NCBI GenBank assembly: GCA_965216875.1
Contig: OZ244207.1
Coordinates: forward strand, 1,312,001-1,376,000
Direction: 5' to 3'
DNA: 64,000 nucleotides
Origin: Rubripirellula sp.
Lineage (GTDB): Bacteria; Planctomycetota; Planctomycetia; Pirellulales; Pirellulaceae
Shown here: positions 27,721 through 38,556 of the stretch, piece by piece
Layout: each line of letters begins with the position of its first letter
Position numbering within the stretch: the first letter of the stretch is position 1
Position numbers and translations under genes: made by a program
Notes under the pieces: generated by a model
What the model saw: only the letters and a program-made list of their open reading frames with translations
What the model was told of the DNA's origin: nothing
Database searches by the model: none

Positions 27721-29099
27721 TTGTCTTTTTGACGCTCTGCTATGTCGGGTTGTTGGCTCTCGCGATCAAGATCGGCGTGATCAGACTCACACTGTTTTGG
27801 AAGCTGTCGCCTGCGCTCTGGATGGTGCTCCTGTTCGTGGTGTTGTTTCTGCCGATGCAATGGGGCGCGCCTGGTGGCAACGTCAACGTTTATCAATATG
27901 TGATTGAGATCATACCGAATGTCAGCGGCGAGGTGGTCGAAGTTCCCGTCAAACCTCTCGTTCCGATCAAGAAGGGGGAGGTTCTGTTTCGAATCGATCC
28001 TGTGCCGTTTCAAGCAAAGGTTGATCAATTGACGGCTCAACTTGAATCAACGGTCCAGAACGTCGAGCGGCTGAAAGCGGCTGCGGAGGCTGCGGATGCG
28101 ACCGTGCTCAAGACGCAAGAGCAGGTCTCCGTCAAAGAGGCAGAAATCGCGGCATCGGCCGCTTCAGTCGACGTCGCTGTACAGGACGTCAAAACTGCTG
28201 AAACGACTTTGGATCGAAACACCAAGCTGGTCGCCGACGCGAAGGTGCAAGAAGCTGCGGCGCGTCGTGAACGTGATCGCCAAAAGCAGCTGCTGGTACA
28301 AAATGCGGGTTCCCAATCCGACACCGACAAAGCGGAGCTTGATTTGGCGGCGATGGTTGCCCAGTTGAACACAGCCGAAGCAGACCTGCTGACGGCTGCT
28401 CAAGGAGTGGAGTCGGCAGCTGCGAGTCAACGTTCGGCTGAATCACTCCTGAAGAAGGCGGAGTTGGAACTTAAGCAACTTGTCGATGCCGAGATGCCGC
28501 GCGTCAAGGCGAACGCTCGTGAAGCAAAGATCGCGGCCGAGGCGACCATCGATGGCGAGCACGTTTCGATCGCCGAAGTTCGGGCGCAACTTGAAGCGGC
28601 TCAGTTCGACCTCGAGCAAACTGTTGTTCGCGCTCCGTCCGATGGCCACGTTACCTTGTTGACGCTACGCCCAGGCCAACGGGTTGCGAATTTTCCGGTG
28701 CGTTCTTGGATGGCGTTTGTTGACCATGAACAGACGACCGTTGCGGTGGAAGTCGAACAATACGCGATGCGGCATATCGAAGTGGGGCAACAGGCCGAGG
28801 TCACCTTCAAGATGAAGCCTGGAAGGGTCTTTGCCGGCACGGTGGATCGGATCAATCGCAGCACATCGGACGGTCAAATACAACCGTCCGGGCAAATCGT
28901 CCAAGGGCCTCAATCTGCATCGGGCCAAGCATTGGGTGTGGTTGTCAAGATTGACCCCGATCAAGGTATCGAGCCAAACCAGCTCGCGGGTGGTGCACGC
29001 GGGTCAGCCGCCGTTTACACCGACTCGGTCAAAGGCACACACATTATTCGTCGCGTCATGATTCGAATGGATGCATGGATGAATTATCTTGTTCCGTGA
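27717..29099 (+). CDS. HlyD family membrane fusion protein (YibH/YiaV-like)
   Basis: IIPNVSGEVVEVPV, KKGEVLFRIDP, long coiled coil, VRAPSDG. Confidence 0.9.
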   Translation: MIVFLTLCYVGLLALAIKIGVIRLTLFWKLSPALWMVLLFVVLFLPMQWGAPGGNVNVYQYVIEIIPNVSGEVVEVPVKPLVPIKKGEVLFRIDPVPFQAKVDQLTAQLESTVQNVERLKAAAEAADATVLKTQEQVSVKEAEIAASAASVDVAVQDVKTAETTLDRNTKLVADAKVQEAAARRERDRQKQLLVQNAGSQSDTDKAELDLAAMVAQLNTAEADLLTAAQGVESAAASQRSAESLLKKAELELKQLVDAEMPRVKANAREAKIAAEATIDGEHVSIAEVRAQLEAAQFDLEQTVVRAPSDGHVTLLTLRPGQRVANFPVRSWMAFVDHEQTTVAVEVEQYAMRHIEVGQQAEVTFKMKPGRVFAGTVDRINRSTSDGQIQPSGQIVQGPQSASGQALGVVVKIDPDQGIEPNQLAGGARGSAAVYTDSVKGTHIIRRVMIRMDAWMNYLVP

Positions 29100-29174
29100 A
29101 TCACAGAGGTTGTCAGCGGCCCGTTGGTTGCGTGTTCTTACGTGAGCCGCTCGCGCTAGCGTCGGGTATGCTTG

Positions 29175-29248
29175 CGTAGCTACGCTCGCCAGAGCGTGGT
29201 GCAGTGGAAAACGGCCAACCCGACCACCTTCTGGCGAAGGTAGCTACG
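29175..29248. repeat. GTAG-type REP inverted repeat
   Basis: CGTAGCTACGCTCGCCAGAGCGTGG ... CCACCTTCTGGCGAAGGTAGCTACG. Confidence 0.75.
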
Positions 29249-29315
29249 ATGTTCTTTGTTTGCCGCACGCGCTAAAGTCGGGCATGTTCTGTGAAAGGAC
29301 GGTGGAACCAACGCT

Positions 29316-30593
29316 GTGAACACAAAAAAGATCAACCCCTACGCGCCGCAAGACCATCGTGACGAGTCGGGGCAGCCCAGTGGCGTCGACCACGAAGCAA
29401 GCCTTACGTTGCCCCGATTATCGCTTCGCGTCGACAAGATCACGCGTTCGCTCAATCGCGACGCGGCGGTCGAACTTGCATCGCGTTGTACGCCTGTGCC
29501 CGATCCGACCGGACGCAACATTGGCCAACGTTCGTCGCGTTTGGTATTGGTCACGGCGATCTTTGGAGCTCTGGCTCTTTCGATGTATCTGTTCACTTCC
29601 GATGACGAAGTCGCTCCGACGCAAGGGCCGACAACGGATGTGTTTGGTCAGGCACTCCTGGTGCTAACGGGTGTCGTTGCGCCTTTGGTTGCTGGTGGCT
29701 TGGTCGCTGCGCTCTTTATCGTGCATCGCGACCGAAATCCTGACAGTAAGACGCCGCTTTATGGTGACTTGTGTTTTGATTTGCACCCCGATTGGATCGA
29801 AGTGAAGTGCGAGCTGTTTGAGGGCGCCAGTGAAAAGGTGTTTGTGTCATGGAGTGATCTTGTACCAAGTCATTCGGAGGATGCATGGCTTCTGGCAGCA
29901 CCCGGATTGAGGCCCATCCTTTTGAAGAAGGATTGGTTCGTTGATGCCGATGGATTCGACAGGTTTGTGGGCACACTTGCGCAGTGGCAGAACGATCGAA
30001 TTTTGCTTGAAGCCGAGGGAGAATGGGATAGCAGCGTCGTGCCACGAGTGGCATTTCCGAGCGGGAGTCCGTTTCGCTTGACCGCTGGTGAAGAGATGGT
30101 CTACCGGCTCAAGCAAGCAGACCATTTGAGAGCCATCCTGCCCAAGTACACGACCAATCCGATCGGATTGCTGCGGCCGCGATTTTGGCTTGTTGGATCA
30201 GGAGTGCTTGTTGTGGTTGGGCTGATCTGTCCGATTTACCACAACTTGCAGTTCGGTGGTTACGTCTCGGCCTCCAAATACTTTTCTGTCGCAAGCGGTC
30301 TCATCACCGGAATCATTTGGTTCTCACTTGGCAACAGCATTAAGACCATGCTGGCGATTGAGTTCAAAGGAGTACTCAATCAGCAGGAGTTGTGGACCGA
30401 ACGGTTTGGTAGCAGGATTCGCTACCGCATCGACGAGATGAAGACACGCATCCCGCTCGATGACGGATTCGCGATTGGCGATGCCGAAGGGGAATTCGTG
30501 ATTGCAATCGGCAAGGACGCGTTCGAACAGGACGACGCATTCGACAGCTTGGTCGCCTCGGTTTGCGTGCAAGAGCGGCCGAGCACGAGCTGA
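29316..30593 (+). CDS. hypothetical membrane protein (two TM pairs, each followed by a soluble domain)
   Basis: 425-aa ORF with an N-terminal NPYAP motif and 4 hydrophobic segments. Confidence 0.6.
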   Translation: MNTKKINPYAPQDHRDESGQPSGVDHEASLTLPRLSLRVDKITRSLNRDAAVELASRCTPVPDPTGRNIGQRSSRLVLVTAIFGALALSMYLFTSDDEVAPTQGPTTDVFGQALLVLTGVVAPLVAGGLVAALFIVHRDRNPDSKTPLYGDLCFDLHPDWIEVKCELFEGASEKVFVSWSDLVPSHSEDAWLLAAPGLRPILLKKDWFVDADGFDRFVGTLAQWQNDRILLEAEGEWDSSVVPRVAFPSGSPFRLTAGEEMVYRLKQADHLRAILPKYTTNPIGLLRPRFWLVGSGVLVVVGLICPIYHNLQFGGYVSASKYFSVASGLITGIIWFSLGNSIKTMLAIEFKGVLNQQELWTERFGSRIRYRIDEMKTRIPLDDGFAIGDAEGEFVIAIGKDAFEQDDAFDSLVASVCVQERPSTS

Positions 30594-30604
30594 CCCGGCC
30601 CGCG

Positions 30605-31774
30605 TTATGCGAGGCCACCTGCATACGGATATTGCGGGGCCCCAGAATTAGCAGCAATCAATCCGTCAGCGTGTTTGCGGATTGCGGCGTCCGAGACTGC
30701 GTATCCCCAATTGATCAATTGGTCTTGTCGGCTTTCCGGTAACCGTTTCAATCGTGTCGGCGTATCGGCAATGCGAATCGAATCACGGAACGGGGCATCG
30801 AGTGCTGTCGACAGGGAATAGTTCTCGATGTTCGTGCGAATGCCCCAGTAGGTGCCTCTGCGCGTTTTCGAGATGAAGTCACCAATCAGCTCGCGTTTGC
30901 GAAGCGAACGAACTTGGTTATCGACGATTTCGAGAATGCGTTTGCTGTGTTGGGCCCAATCACCGGCAGGTTCTCCTTCCGGCATCATTTTTCCACCGCC
31001 GTCACTCACCAGGATCGTCTTGAATCGTTTGCAAGTCTCTAGGCCGAGGTTGTCGTACACGCCACCGTCGGTCAACACGAGCGTGTCCGTGTAGGGTTCG
31101 CTTTGTAAATCACATTTGGGATCGCGTTCAAAATCGCTCGGGTCGACATCAATTTCCGCTGGCGAAAGGAACGGTGGGAATGCCGAGGATGCCGCGACCG
31201 CTTCGGCAAGTTGGATTTCGGAGTTCCGGATCATCCCAACGCGAAAATCAGCGACGTAGGGTTTCGAGAAGCGAACCAATGCACCTGATTGCACGCTCGT
31301 TGCGTTGATGACAAAACGAGGGCCTTGATCGTCGGTTGGTAAATCTTGCAACGTTGCATTCGAAAAGAGGATGTCGTTGTAGTGTCCCACGATTCGATCA
31401 CTCACGCTGCCCGGCAGCAGCACGCCGCCCAAGATCGATCCGCGATCAATGGTCTCGCTCGCCATGCGACGAATGGGATCAATCAGCATGGTGTCGAGGT
31501 TGGTGCACGATCCGCTGTCGTCGAATTGCAGGCGGCGCCAATTCATGCCGAGCACTGCAGCCGTGATCGATCCGCCCGACACGCTTGAGATCCGAGCGAG
31601 CTTTGGTAAGAGTCCTAGTTCGTTGATGCGAACGATCGCGCCGACGTGGAACAACATCGCGCGGTAACCGCCACCAGAGAGGCAGAGTGCAATGCCATCT
31701 TCTAAGACCGAGCGAGATTGATCGCCATCGGGGTCCGCTGCTGAGGAGACCGGGTGATTTGGTTGACCAGACAT
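30605..31774 (-). CDS. patatin-like phospholipase
   Basis: LCLSGGGYRA, SSVSGGS nucleophile, ASSAFP and DGGVYDN motifs. Confidence 0.92.
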   Translation of the reverse strand: MSGQPNHPVSSAADPDGDQSRSVLEDGIALCLSGGGYRAMLFHVGAIVRINELGLLPKLARISSVSGGSITAAVLGMNWRRLQFDDSGSCTNLDTMLIDPIRRMASETIDRGSILGGVLLPGSVSDRIVGHYNDILFSNATLQDLPTDDQGPRFVINATSVQSGALVRFSKPYVADFRVGMIRNSEIQLAEAVAASSAFPPFLSPAEIDVDPSDFERDPKCDLQSEPYTDTLVLTDGGVYDNLGLETCKRFKTILVSDGGGKMMPEGEPAGDWAQHSKRILEIVDNQVRSLRKRELIGDFISKTRRGTYWGIRTNIENYSLSTALDAPFRDSIRIADTPTRLKRLPESRQDQLINWGYAVSDAAIRKHADGLIAANSGAPQYPYAGGLA

Positions 31775-31867
31775 GGATACCCCATCGCTGTTAAACTGCC
31801 TTGCTAATGATCCTACGTAGGGTTTGATTCTAGCATTCTTGTGAGTTGGTTTTAGGTGGATGTCGCG

Positions 31868-32785
31868 ATGAGTCGTTTGTACAGGTTGTTGTTCACGATT
31901 GTGTTGGGCGTCGCAACGGCACTGCCCTCGATCGCCGAGGAGAATTCGAGTTCGCCCGAAATTGCCGTCAAGCAAGTGAGTGATCAGAACGTTCGGCTTG
32001 AGCCGTATGGAATCATTTCGGTTCCGGCAGCTGGCTATGAGTGGAAAGTTGAAGCGACACGGCCTCCCTCGTTCGCGTGTCGCCGAGACGGAAGCAACGA
32101 GTCGATCGAAATGGTGGTGCTCGGCTCGGTCGGCGAGGATGAAGCGTCAAGGGAGGCGTTCAATCGCCAGCAGAAAGAGACTGCGGTCAAAGCGTTTGAA
32201 GAACGCGGGCTCGAAATCTTTACCGTGATTGACGAAACGACAGATGCCATGATCAAAGACAGCATCGGTTTCGAAGTGGTGGCGCTCGAGGGTGATCGGC
32301 GAATTCAATTAGCGGTCAAGCATCTGTTTCGCAGAGACAAGACGATTGCCTTTCGTTCCGAAACGAAAGCTGAGTCGCCGCTGACGGCGACCTTCGCCGG
32401 AACGGTTCGGTTCTTTCTGGCCGATGAGGATGCCGCAAAACAATCGAAATCGAAAGTGCCCGATGCTGCGCGCAAGGCGATTGAAAAAGAAATCAAAGTG
32501 TTTCTCAAACTGCTCGAGATGAAGACTACCGAGGATGTTGAGAAATTTGTTCGGTACGCGATGTCCGATGCCCAGTTCGAACAGATCAAGTCGTCTGGGA
32601 ATTTTGGGCCGATGAGTGAATACGTGATGAACGAGACAGGACCGATCTTGTTGAATTCGTTCAAGGCGATCGATTGGAATCGTGCGATCTACACGCCCGG
32701 AAATCGCACGATTGCGTTTCCAGTTCCTCCCCACGGGATTCGCTTCACCCAGCGAGGTGGAAAGTGGAAGTTGCGGCTCCAGTGA
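31868..32785 (+). CDS. exported hypothetical protein
   Basis: Signal peptide MSRLYRLLFTIVLGVATALPSIA. Confidence 0.6.
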   Translation: MSRLYRLLFTIVLGVATALPSIAEENSSSPEIAVKQVSDQNVRLEPYGIISVPAAGYEWKVEATRPPSFACRRDGSNESIEMVVLGSVGEDEASREAFNRQQKETAVKAFEERGLEIFTVIDETTDAMIKDSIGFEVVALEGDRRIQLAVKHLFRRDKTIAFRSETKAESPLTATFAGTVRFFLADEDAAKQSKSKVPDAARKAIEKEIKVFLKLLEMKTTEDVEKFVRYAMSDAQFEQIKSSGNFGPMSEYVMNETGPILLNSFKAIDWNRAIYTPGNRTIAFPVPPHGIRFTQRGGKWKLRLQ

Positions 32786-32787
32786 GT

Positions 32788-33159
32788 CTAGGCTGGGTCA
32801 ATCCGCAGCCAATTCCTGGCCTCGGTTTCTTCGGTGAAAAAAGCGACCGGCGCTCCGCGATTGTTGGCGACGTTTTCAAAGAAGCGTTCATCGTCCACCG
32901 ATGCGTCGTGGTGCAGCACGAAGGCGATGACAAGTTGCCGCCGTGCAACTTCTTTTGCCATTTCGAACATCTGCATTCGAGTGAGTTTGACCTTGGTGGT
33001 CGTGCCCCGAACAAGAACCTTTTGAGAGCCCGCCTCTTGGCAGGCTGCAGAGATTTCGATCAGCTTGTTCTGTTGTTCTGACCAATGAACTTCGTAGTCG
33101 GGTGGATCGACGATAAGGACGTGATCTTTTTCAATCCGAATGCTGTACGGATCGTCCAT
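32788..33159 (-). CDS. SpoIIAA/STAS-like small protein (paralog B)
   Basis: C-terminal FFENVANNRGAPVAFFTEETEARNWL; similar to 33204-33578. Confidence 0.65.
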   Translation of the reverse strand: MDDPYSIRIEKDHVLIVDPPDYEVHWSEQQNKLIEISAACQEAGSQKVLVRGTTTKVKLTRMQMFEMAKEVARRQLVIAFVLHHDASVDDERFFENVANNRGAPVAFFTEETEARNWLRIDPA

Positions 33160-33203
33160 CTGCTCCCCCTACGATCGCGCTGCCCTACGAGAGGGAGTTT
33201 GAA

Positions 33204-33578
33204 TCAATCAGTTTCGGATCGAAGCCATGTTTGTGCGTCCGATTCACTCTCAAAAAATGCCACGGGGGCCCCACGATTGCTCGCGACGTTTCCAAAAAAC
33301 TGAGCGTCCGTTTCCGTTGCATCATGTTGGCTCACGATTGCAACGGTGAGCTGAAGTCGTGCTACCTCTTTGGCCATCTCAAAAAGCTCGAGTTGCGACA
33401 TTTCGATTTTTGTCGTCGAGCCAAGAATCAGAACGCGTGACGTTTGAGCTTTTTGGCATGCCTCGACCGTTTCGGCCAGCATTTCTTTTTGGTCGGGCCA
33501 GCGAACGACATAGTTGGGCGCTTCGTTTACGATTACACATCCCGGCTCGATATGGATCGCGCAACCCGAGTCGTTCAT
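33204..33578 (-). CDS. SpoIIAA/STAS-like small protein (paralog A)
   Basis: FFGNVASNRGAPVAFFESESDAQTWL; start MNDSGC. Confidence 0.65.
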   Translation of the reverse strand: MNDSGCAIHIEPGCVIVNEAPNYVVRWPDQKEMLAETVEACQKAQTSRVLILGSTTKIEMSQLELFEMAKEVARLQLTVAIVSQHDATETDAQFFGNVASNRGAPVAFFESESDAQTWLRSETD

Positions 33579-33767
33579 CTGCTGCTCCTTACCAAAGTCC
33601 GACCAATAAAAGAGTATAAGGATTGTTTGCCAAACAACGCAGCAGGCGCTGAAAAAATGTGACGTCCTCAATTCGATACCGGTTGATGAATCTTGATCGA
33701 TCGACGAATTTGATTGCATTCTAATTCGAGTCAGTAAAAAAACTCATTCGAGACCAACGATCTCACC

Positions 33768-34475
33768 ATGCCTTCACTCAAGTCACTTCGCCAAGAGCTC
33801 AGCGAGAAAGCGGATCCCGCGATTGCTGAACACTCGCAGCGTTTTTTCAAGTCCGGCCCAGGGGAATATGGGGAAGGTGATCAGTTCATTGGGGTGCGCG
33901 TCCCGGTTTTGCGAGACGTTGCCAAGCGTTACCGCGAATTGACGCTCAAGAGCACTGTCACGTTGCTGCATTCTCCGGTTCATGAAGAACGATTGACAGC
34001 ATTGCTTATTCTGGTTTCGAAATTTGAACGGGGAAGCGAAGCCGAGCAGAAGGAGGTGTACGATTGTTACGTTGGCAACCGGGGCCCGATCAACAATTGG
34101 GACTTGGTGGATTGTTCGGCGCACAAAATTGTCGGTCCCTACTTGCGCGATCGGAGCCGACGTGTTCTTTACCGCTGGGCGAAGTCAAAGAGTATGTGGG
34201 ACCGGCGCATCGCAGTGATGGCGACCTTTGCGTTCATCCGTGAACATGATTTTGACGACACGCTGGAACTGAGCGAGATGTTGTTGAATGATCCCGAGGA
34301 CTTGATCCACAAGATGGTTGGTTGGATGTTGCGCGAAGTGGGTAAACGGGACCTGGCACTCGAAGAGGCCTTCCTAAAGATCCACTACAAAGAGATGCCG
34401 CGAACGATGCTGCGTTACGCGATCGAAAAGTTCCCCGAAGCGAAACGCAAACGGTATCTCAACGGCAAGGTTTGA
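33768..34475 (+). CDS. DNA alkylation repair protein (AlkD-like HEAT-repeat glycosylase family)
   Basis: FFKSGPGEYGEGDQFIGVRVP, INNWDLVD, W.RRIA, GWMLREVGK and MPRTMLRYAIEKF. Confidence 0.9.
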   Translation: MPSLKSLRQELSEKADPAIAEHSQRFFKSGPGEYGEGDQFIGVRVPVLRDVAKRYRELTLKSTVTLLHSPVHEERLTALLILVSKFERGSEAEQKEVYDCYVGNRGPINNWDLVDCSAHKIVGPYLRDRSRRVLYRWAKSKSMWDRRIAVMATFAFIREHDFDDTLELSEMLLNDPEDLIHKMVGWMLREVGKRDLALEEAFLKIHYKEMPRTMLRYAIEKFPEAKRKRYLNGKV

Positions 34476-34681
34476 GCGCCACTGTATGTTGTACCGCCCG
34501 TTTGGAGCACCGCCTTCAGGCGGAGTCTTCCTTGTCGCCTGCCTAGGAGCGAGACGCCAAGCGGCGCATAGCTGAACGCCAGGCCCTGAGAAATGATTGA
34601 CTCACTCGCAAGACCTGGCGTCTCAACTACCATACAACAATTGAATCCGTGCAGTCGCATGTGGTTGCGACTGCGTTCTTT

Positions 34682-36007
34682 TTAGTTGAGGGCGAGCAAC
34701 GCTTCGGCGGTAGTGCTCAGCCCAGACATCACAACCGATTGCTCTTCCACCGATGCAGCGACGCTCTCGGTGTTGGTGCTCACTTCGGTGATACCGGTGG
34801 TGATTTCGTGGATCGACGAAACGACTTCGGTGATGTTGCCGTGAATCGTGTCGACGCTCGAACGAATGTCATTGATTGCGTCGCCAGTTTGGTTGGCGAG
34901 GGCTTTCACTTCACTTGCAACCACGGCGAATCCGCGACCGGCGTCACCGGCACGAGCAGCTTCGATAGTGGCGTTCAAAGCGAGCAGGTTGGTTTGATCG
35001 GCAAGGTTTTGGATCAGGTTGATCACCTTGCTGATGCTTGCACTGCTGCGGTTGAGTTCATCAACGATTCCGTTGGCGCGTTCGGCCGAGCCTTCGGCAT
35101 CTTTAGCCAAGTCCGCGGTGCAAACGACGCGTCGGGAGATTTCTTCGATCGCTTGCGACATTTCGTTGACGCTGACGGCGATCGAGGAACCGATTTCGCC
35201 GGCATGCTGTTTTGCGTGGACCTGGTCAGTGATGTTGGCGACACCCTTGATCACGCGAACAACGTTGCCGTTGATGTCAAAGACGGGGTTGTAGGCACCT
35301 TGGAGCCAGAGTTCGGAACCGTCTTTTTTGACGCGACGAAACTCACCTTGGCGGTATTCACCGCGTCCCAAACGTTCCCAAAATGTCTTGTAGTCGTTGG
35401 TCTCGGCGTCATCTTCACGCATGAACATGCGGTGATGGCGGCCCTTGATCTCGTCAAGCGAGTAGCCGACGGTTCCGAGGAACAGGTCGTTGGCGTGAAT
35501 GATCGTTCCATCGGGCTCGAACTCGATGATGGCTTGCGAGCGGTTTTGAATCTCGGCTTGCGATTGCTTTTGGCGAGTGATGTCGGTCGCGAACTTGATG
35601 ATCTTGACGACCTGGCCTGCTTCGTCAAAGACAGGGTTGTAGGTCGCTTGGATCCAGATTTCCTTGCCGCCCTTGCCAAAGCGTTGAAACTCGGCACTTT
35701 GGAATTCGCCACGATTGAGCGCAGCCCAGAACTCGCGGTACTTTTCCGATTGCCCGTAGATCGGGTCAACAAACATGCGGTGATGCTTGCCAGCGATTTC
35801 GGGCAACATGTATCCGACGGCGCCCAAGAAATTGTCGTTGGCGCGAATGATCGTTCCGTCAGGATCGAACTCGATCACGGCTTGCGATCGCTCAAGCGAT
35901 TTCATGATCCGGTCGAGGTTTTGATTGATCTTCGCGTTCGCTGATTGCGATGGATCGACGTTGTTCGTATTTGCGGTTTGGTTGGTGTCCGCCTTCCACA
36001 ATTTCAT
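34682..36007 (-). CDS. soluble methyl-accepting chemotaxis protein with two PAS domains (BdlA-like)
   Basis: Two 'SQA.IEF..DGTII.AN..FL..VGY...EI.G.HHRMF' PAS repeats; [31 protein letters not shown] signature; no TM helices. Confidence 0.92.
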   Translation of the reverse strand: MKLWKADTNQTANTNNVDPSQSANAKINQNLDRIMKSLERSQAVIEFDPDGTIIRANDNFLGAVGYMLPEIAGKHHRMFVDPIYGQSEKYREFWAALNRGEFQSAEFQRFGKGGKEIWIQATYNPVFDEAGQVVKIIKFATDITRQKQSQAEIQNRSQAIIEFEPDGTIIHANDLFLGTVGYSLDEIKGRHHRMFMREDDAETNDYKTFWERLGRGEYRQGEFRRVKKDGSELWLQGAYNPVFDINGNVVRVIKGVANITDQVHAKQHAGEIGSSIAVSVNEMSQAIEEISRRVVCTADLAKDAEGSAERANGIVDELNRSSASISKVINLIQNLADQTNLLALNATIEAARAGDAGRGFAVVASEVKALANQTGDAINDIRSSVDTIHGNITEVVSSIHEITTGITEVSTNTESVAASVEEQSVVMSGLSTTAEALLALN

Positions 36008-36282
36008 CTGCTGCCCCAGTAATGGATTCGTGTTGCGCTGGTTCGCGAACGGAAACCGCCGCGATCGGTGTTCCCTAAAACATTGCCGACAGCGCGCACT
36101 TGTCAAAATCGTTCACCTCAATGTGTGACAATTTCGCTCAGTGGCACGATGGACCGGGTGCAGAAATGCCCGTGTTTTGCGGCTACTACGAAGGCAAGCT
36201 GATTTCCATGGGGGAAACCCTTATGGAAAGATTCGCACAGGAGAAAGCCCTTTCTCAAATCAACGAGGCTGGTCGGTCTCCG

Positions 36283-36801
36283 TCATTGGAGTGGGGCATA
36301 TTGCGGAGCTTGCTGATTATTCGGAGCGGGGTAGTTTTGATAGTCGCCCGGAGCGTATTGGCCTTGGGGTTGTCCCTGCGCTGGGTAACCTTGGCCCGGC
36401 CCGTATTGCGGTTGAGGCTGGGGTTGCCACTGAGGTTGATGAGCGATTTGTTCATCGGGGCCATAGGCATTGTTGTAACCTGGACGATAGTCGCCCGGTT
36501 GAGGTTGACCGCCGTACTGGTTGGGACTCGCATACTGTTGGTTGTAATCAGCCGCTGGCGGGTAACCTTGATTGGGACCATAGCCCTGCTGCTCGTAACC
36601 CTGGTCGGGGTAGGCATTCTGTTGGGCTTGTTGATGCTGATCGAGATATTGGCGGCCCCGGTCGATCGCGCGGCGCGTGTCTTGGCGGATTTCGGAGCGA
36701 TTGATTTCGATCGTTGTGCGGTCACCGTCGCGATTGACGGTGAACCATCCTGCCATGAAAGCGCCGCCAACCATCAGGCCAATGATGAACAGGTTTCTCA
36801 T
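36283..36801 (-). CDS. membrane-anchored protein with a Q/P/Y/G-rich low-complexity tail
   Basis: MRNLFIIGLMVGGAFMAGWF anchor followed by QGY/QPQ/YPA repeats. Confidence 0.7.
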   Translation of the reverse strand: MRNLFIIGLMVGGAFMAGWFTVNRDGDRTTIEINRSEIRQDTRRAIDRGRQYLDQHQQAQQNAYPDQGYEQQGYGPNQGYPPAADYNQQYASPNQYGGQPQPGDYRPGYNNAYGPDEQIAHQPQWQPQPQPQYGPGQGYPAQGQPQGQYAPGDYQNYPAPNNQQAPQYAPLQ

Positions 36802-37113
36802 CGTGCGATCCGTGAACTTGTGGGCCAGTCCGTGAAATAGGGGTGGTGTCGGAATTGGCCGATCGTTGCGGCGTTCCACACTCTTAGCGGCGATCTTAGA
36901 GAGAGGGGGCAGGATGGCGGAAGCTCGATTTGCCCCGCTTCTGATAGCAAACTTTGAGCCGTCCGGGGTTTGGGGGCCGATCGAACCCGTTGCCGCCCCG
37001 TGAGCGGTGGGCGGGGGAACGGCCGAAAAGGGCCGTTTTTCCGACAATTGCGGATTCTCGGTCGGTTCGATCTAATCTAGCGACCGTTTTGCGAAGCGAT
37101 TCCACGAGCCCAA

Positions 37114-38556
37114 TTGATCACCTTGGCAAAGAGCCCCTCACTACAACTGCCGGTTGTTTCTGACACGACCACGCCCGAGCCTCGAACCCATGGTGATGAC
37201 GGATCGCCCCATCGGGGACGGTATGCCGTCGTCAGCTTGGGGTGTCCCAAGAATTTGGTCGACACCGAACAGATGCTTGGGCGATTGGATGAAGACGGTT
37301 ACCAGATGGTCGACTCGGTCGACTCGGCCGATTTTGTTGTCGTCAACACATGTGGCTTCATCGACTCGGCGCGTGACGAATCGCTCGGCGCGATCGATGA
37401 AATGCTCGACCTGAAGCGGCAAGGGAAAATCCGCAACGTCGTGGTGACCGGTTGTTTGGCCGAACGCCAACAGGGCAAGTTGCTTGAATCGCGACCCGAG
37501 ATCGACGCGATGGTCGGCGTTTTCGGTCGTAACGAGATTGTCTCGGTCATCGACCGACTGCAATCGGGCGTCGAAGAACAACAAAAGCTGTTTCGTCCTG
37601 CTGCGGTACGACCGCTAAGTGACGCGGTGCGCAGCGCAGTGACGCCACGCCACTTTGCCTACCTCAAGATCAGCGAAGGGTGCGATCGACTGTGCACGTT
37701 TTGCGCGATCCCCAAAATGCGCGGCAAGCACTACAGCAAACCGATCGAGCAAGTGGTCGATGAAGCCAAACGGCTTGGCGATGCGGGCGTGCGCGAGATT
37801 GTGATCGTCGCCCAAGACACGACCTACTATGGCAAAGACCTGTATGGCGAGCCGCGATTGACGGAGCTGCTGGGCAAGCTTGATGAAATTGAATCGATCG
37901 ATTGGATTCGTCTGATGTATTTCTATCCGATGTACATCGACGACGCGTTGATCGACACGATCGCGGGTGCCCGCCGAGTGCTGCCTTACATCGACATGCC
38001 GCTGCAGCATGCCAGCGACACGATGCTGCGAAGGATGTCGCGTAAGACGACTCGGTCGAGCCAAGAAGAAATCATGGGGCGACTGCGCGAAAGGATTGAT
38101 CGCCTTGTGATGCGCACCACGATGATCACCGGTTTTCCTGGGGAGACCGACGAGGACTTTGCGGCGCTCATGGAGTTTGCCGCACAGCAGCGTTTCGAAC
38201 ACCTCGGCGTCTTTACCTACTCGGTCGAAGAAGACACCCCTGCAGCGCGGTTGCCCAATCGCGTGCCTGAGCAGGTTGCTCAGCGTCGCCACGATGAACT
38301 GATGGCGCTGCAGCAACAGGTGGCGTTTGAGTGGAACGAGAGCCGCGTTGGAACTCAAGAAACCGTGATCGTGGACGCGCCGCTGGAGGGCCAGGAAGGC
38401 GTTTGGATTGGACGCAGCCGAGGTGAGGCCCCGGACATCGACGGAGTGGTCTACCTCTCTGGCCTGGAAGACCCCAACTCGGTTTCGGTGGGCGATATGG
38501 TCGAGTGTGAAGTCGTCGCATCGGACGGTTACGATCTCGTGGCCGCGCCACTGTAG
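37114..38556 (+). CDS. rimO: ribosomal protein S12 methylthiotransferase RimO
   Basis: [21 protein letters not shown], radical-[19 protein letters not shown] and C-terminal TRAM domain (APDIDG). Confidence 0.95.
   Translation: MITLAKSPSLQLPVVSDTTTPEPRTHGDDGSPHRGRYAVVSLGCPKNLVDTEQMLGRLDEDGYQMVDSVDSADFVVVNTCGFIDSARDESLGAIDEMLDLKRQGKIRNVVVTGCLAERQQGKLLESRPEIDAMVGVFGRNEIVSVIDRLQSGVEEQQKLFRPAAVRPLSDAVRSAVTPRHFAYLKISEGCDRLCTFCAIPKMRGKHYSKPIEQVVDEAKRLGDAGVREIVIVAQDTTYYGKDLYGEPRLTELLGKLDEIESIDWIRLMYFYPMYIDDALIDTIAGARRVLPYIDMPLQHASDTMLRRMSRKTTRSSQEEIMGRLRERIDRLVMRTTMITGFPGETDEDFAALMEFAAQQRFEHLGVFTYSVEEDTPAARLPNRVPEQVAQRRHDELMALQQQVAFEWNESRVGTQETVIVDAPLEGQEGVWIGRSRGEAPDIDGVVYLSGLEDPNSVSVGDMVECEVVASDGYDLVAAPL

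Noticed and set aside
30605..31774. Patatin as a CBASS/defence effector
   Set aside because: No cyclase (CD-NTase) or other defence genes are adjacent; it is more than 4 kb from the E1 cluster with unrelated genes between.
34649..36840. Long antisense ORFs (34649-35944, 36100-36840; likewise 722-1546, 17270-18226, 57556-58527)
   Set aside because: Shadow frames opposite well-supported genes in GC-rich DNA, with no protein motifs.
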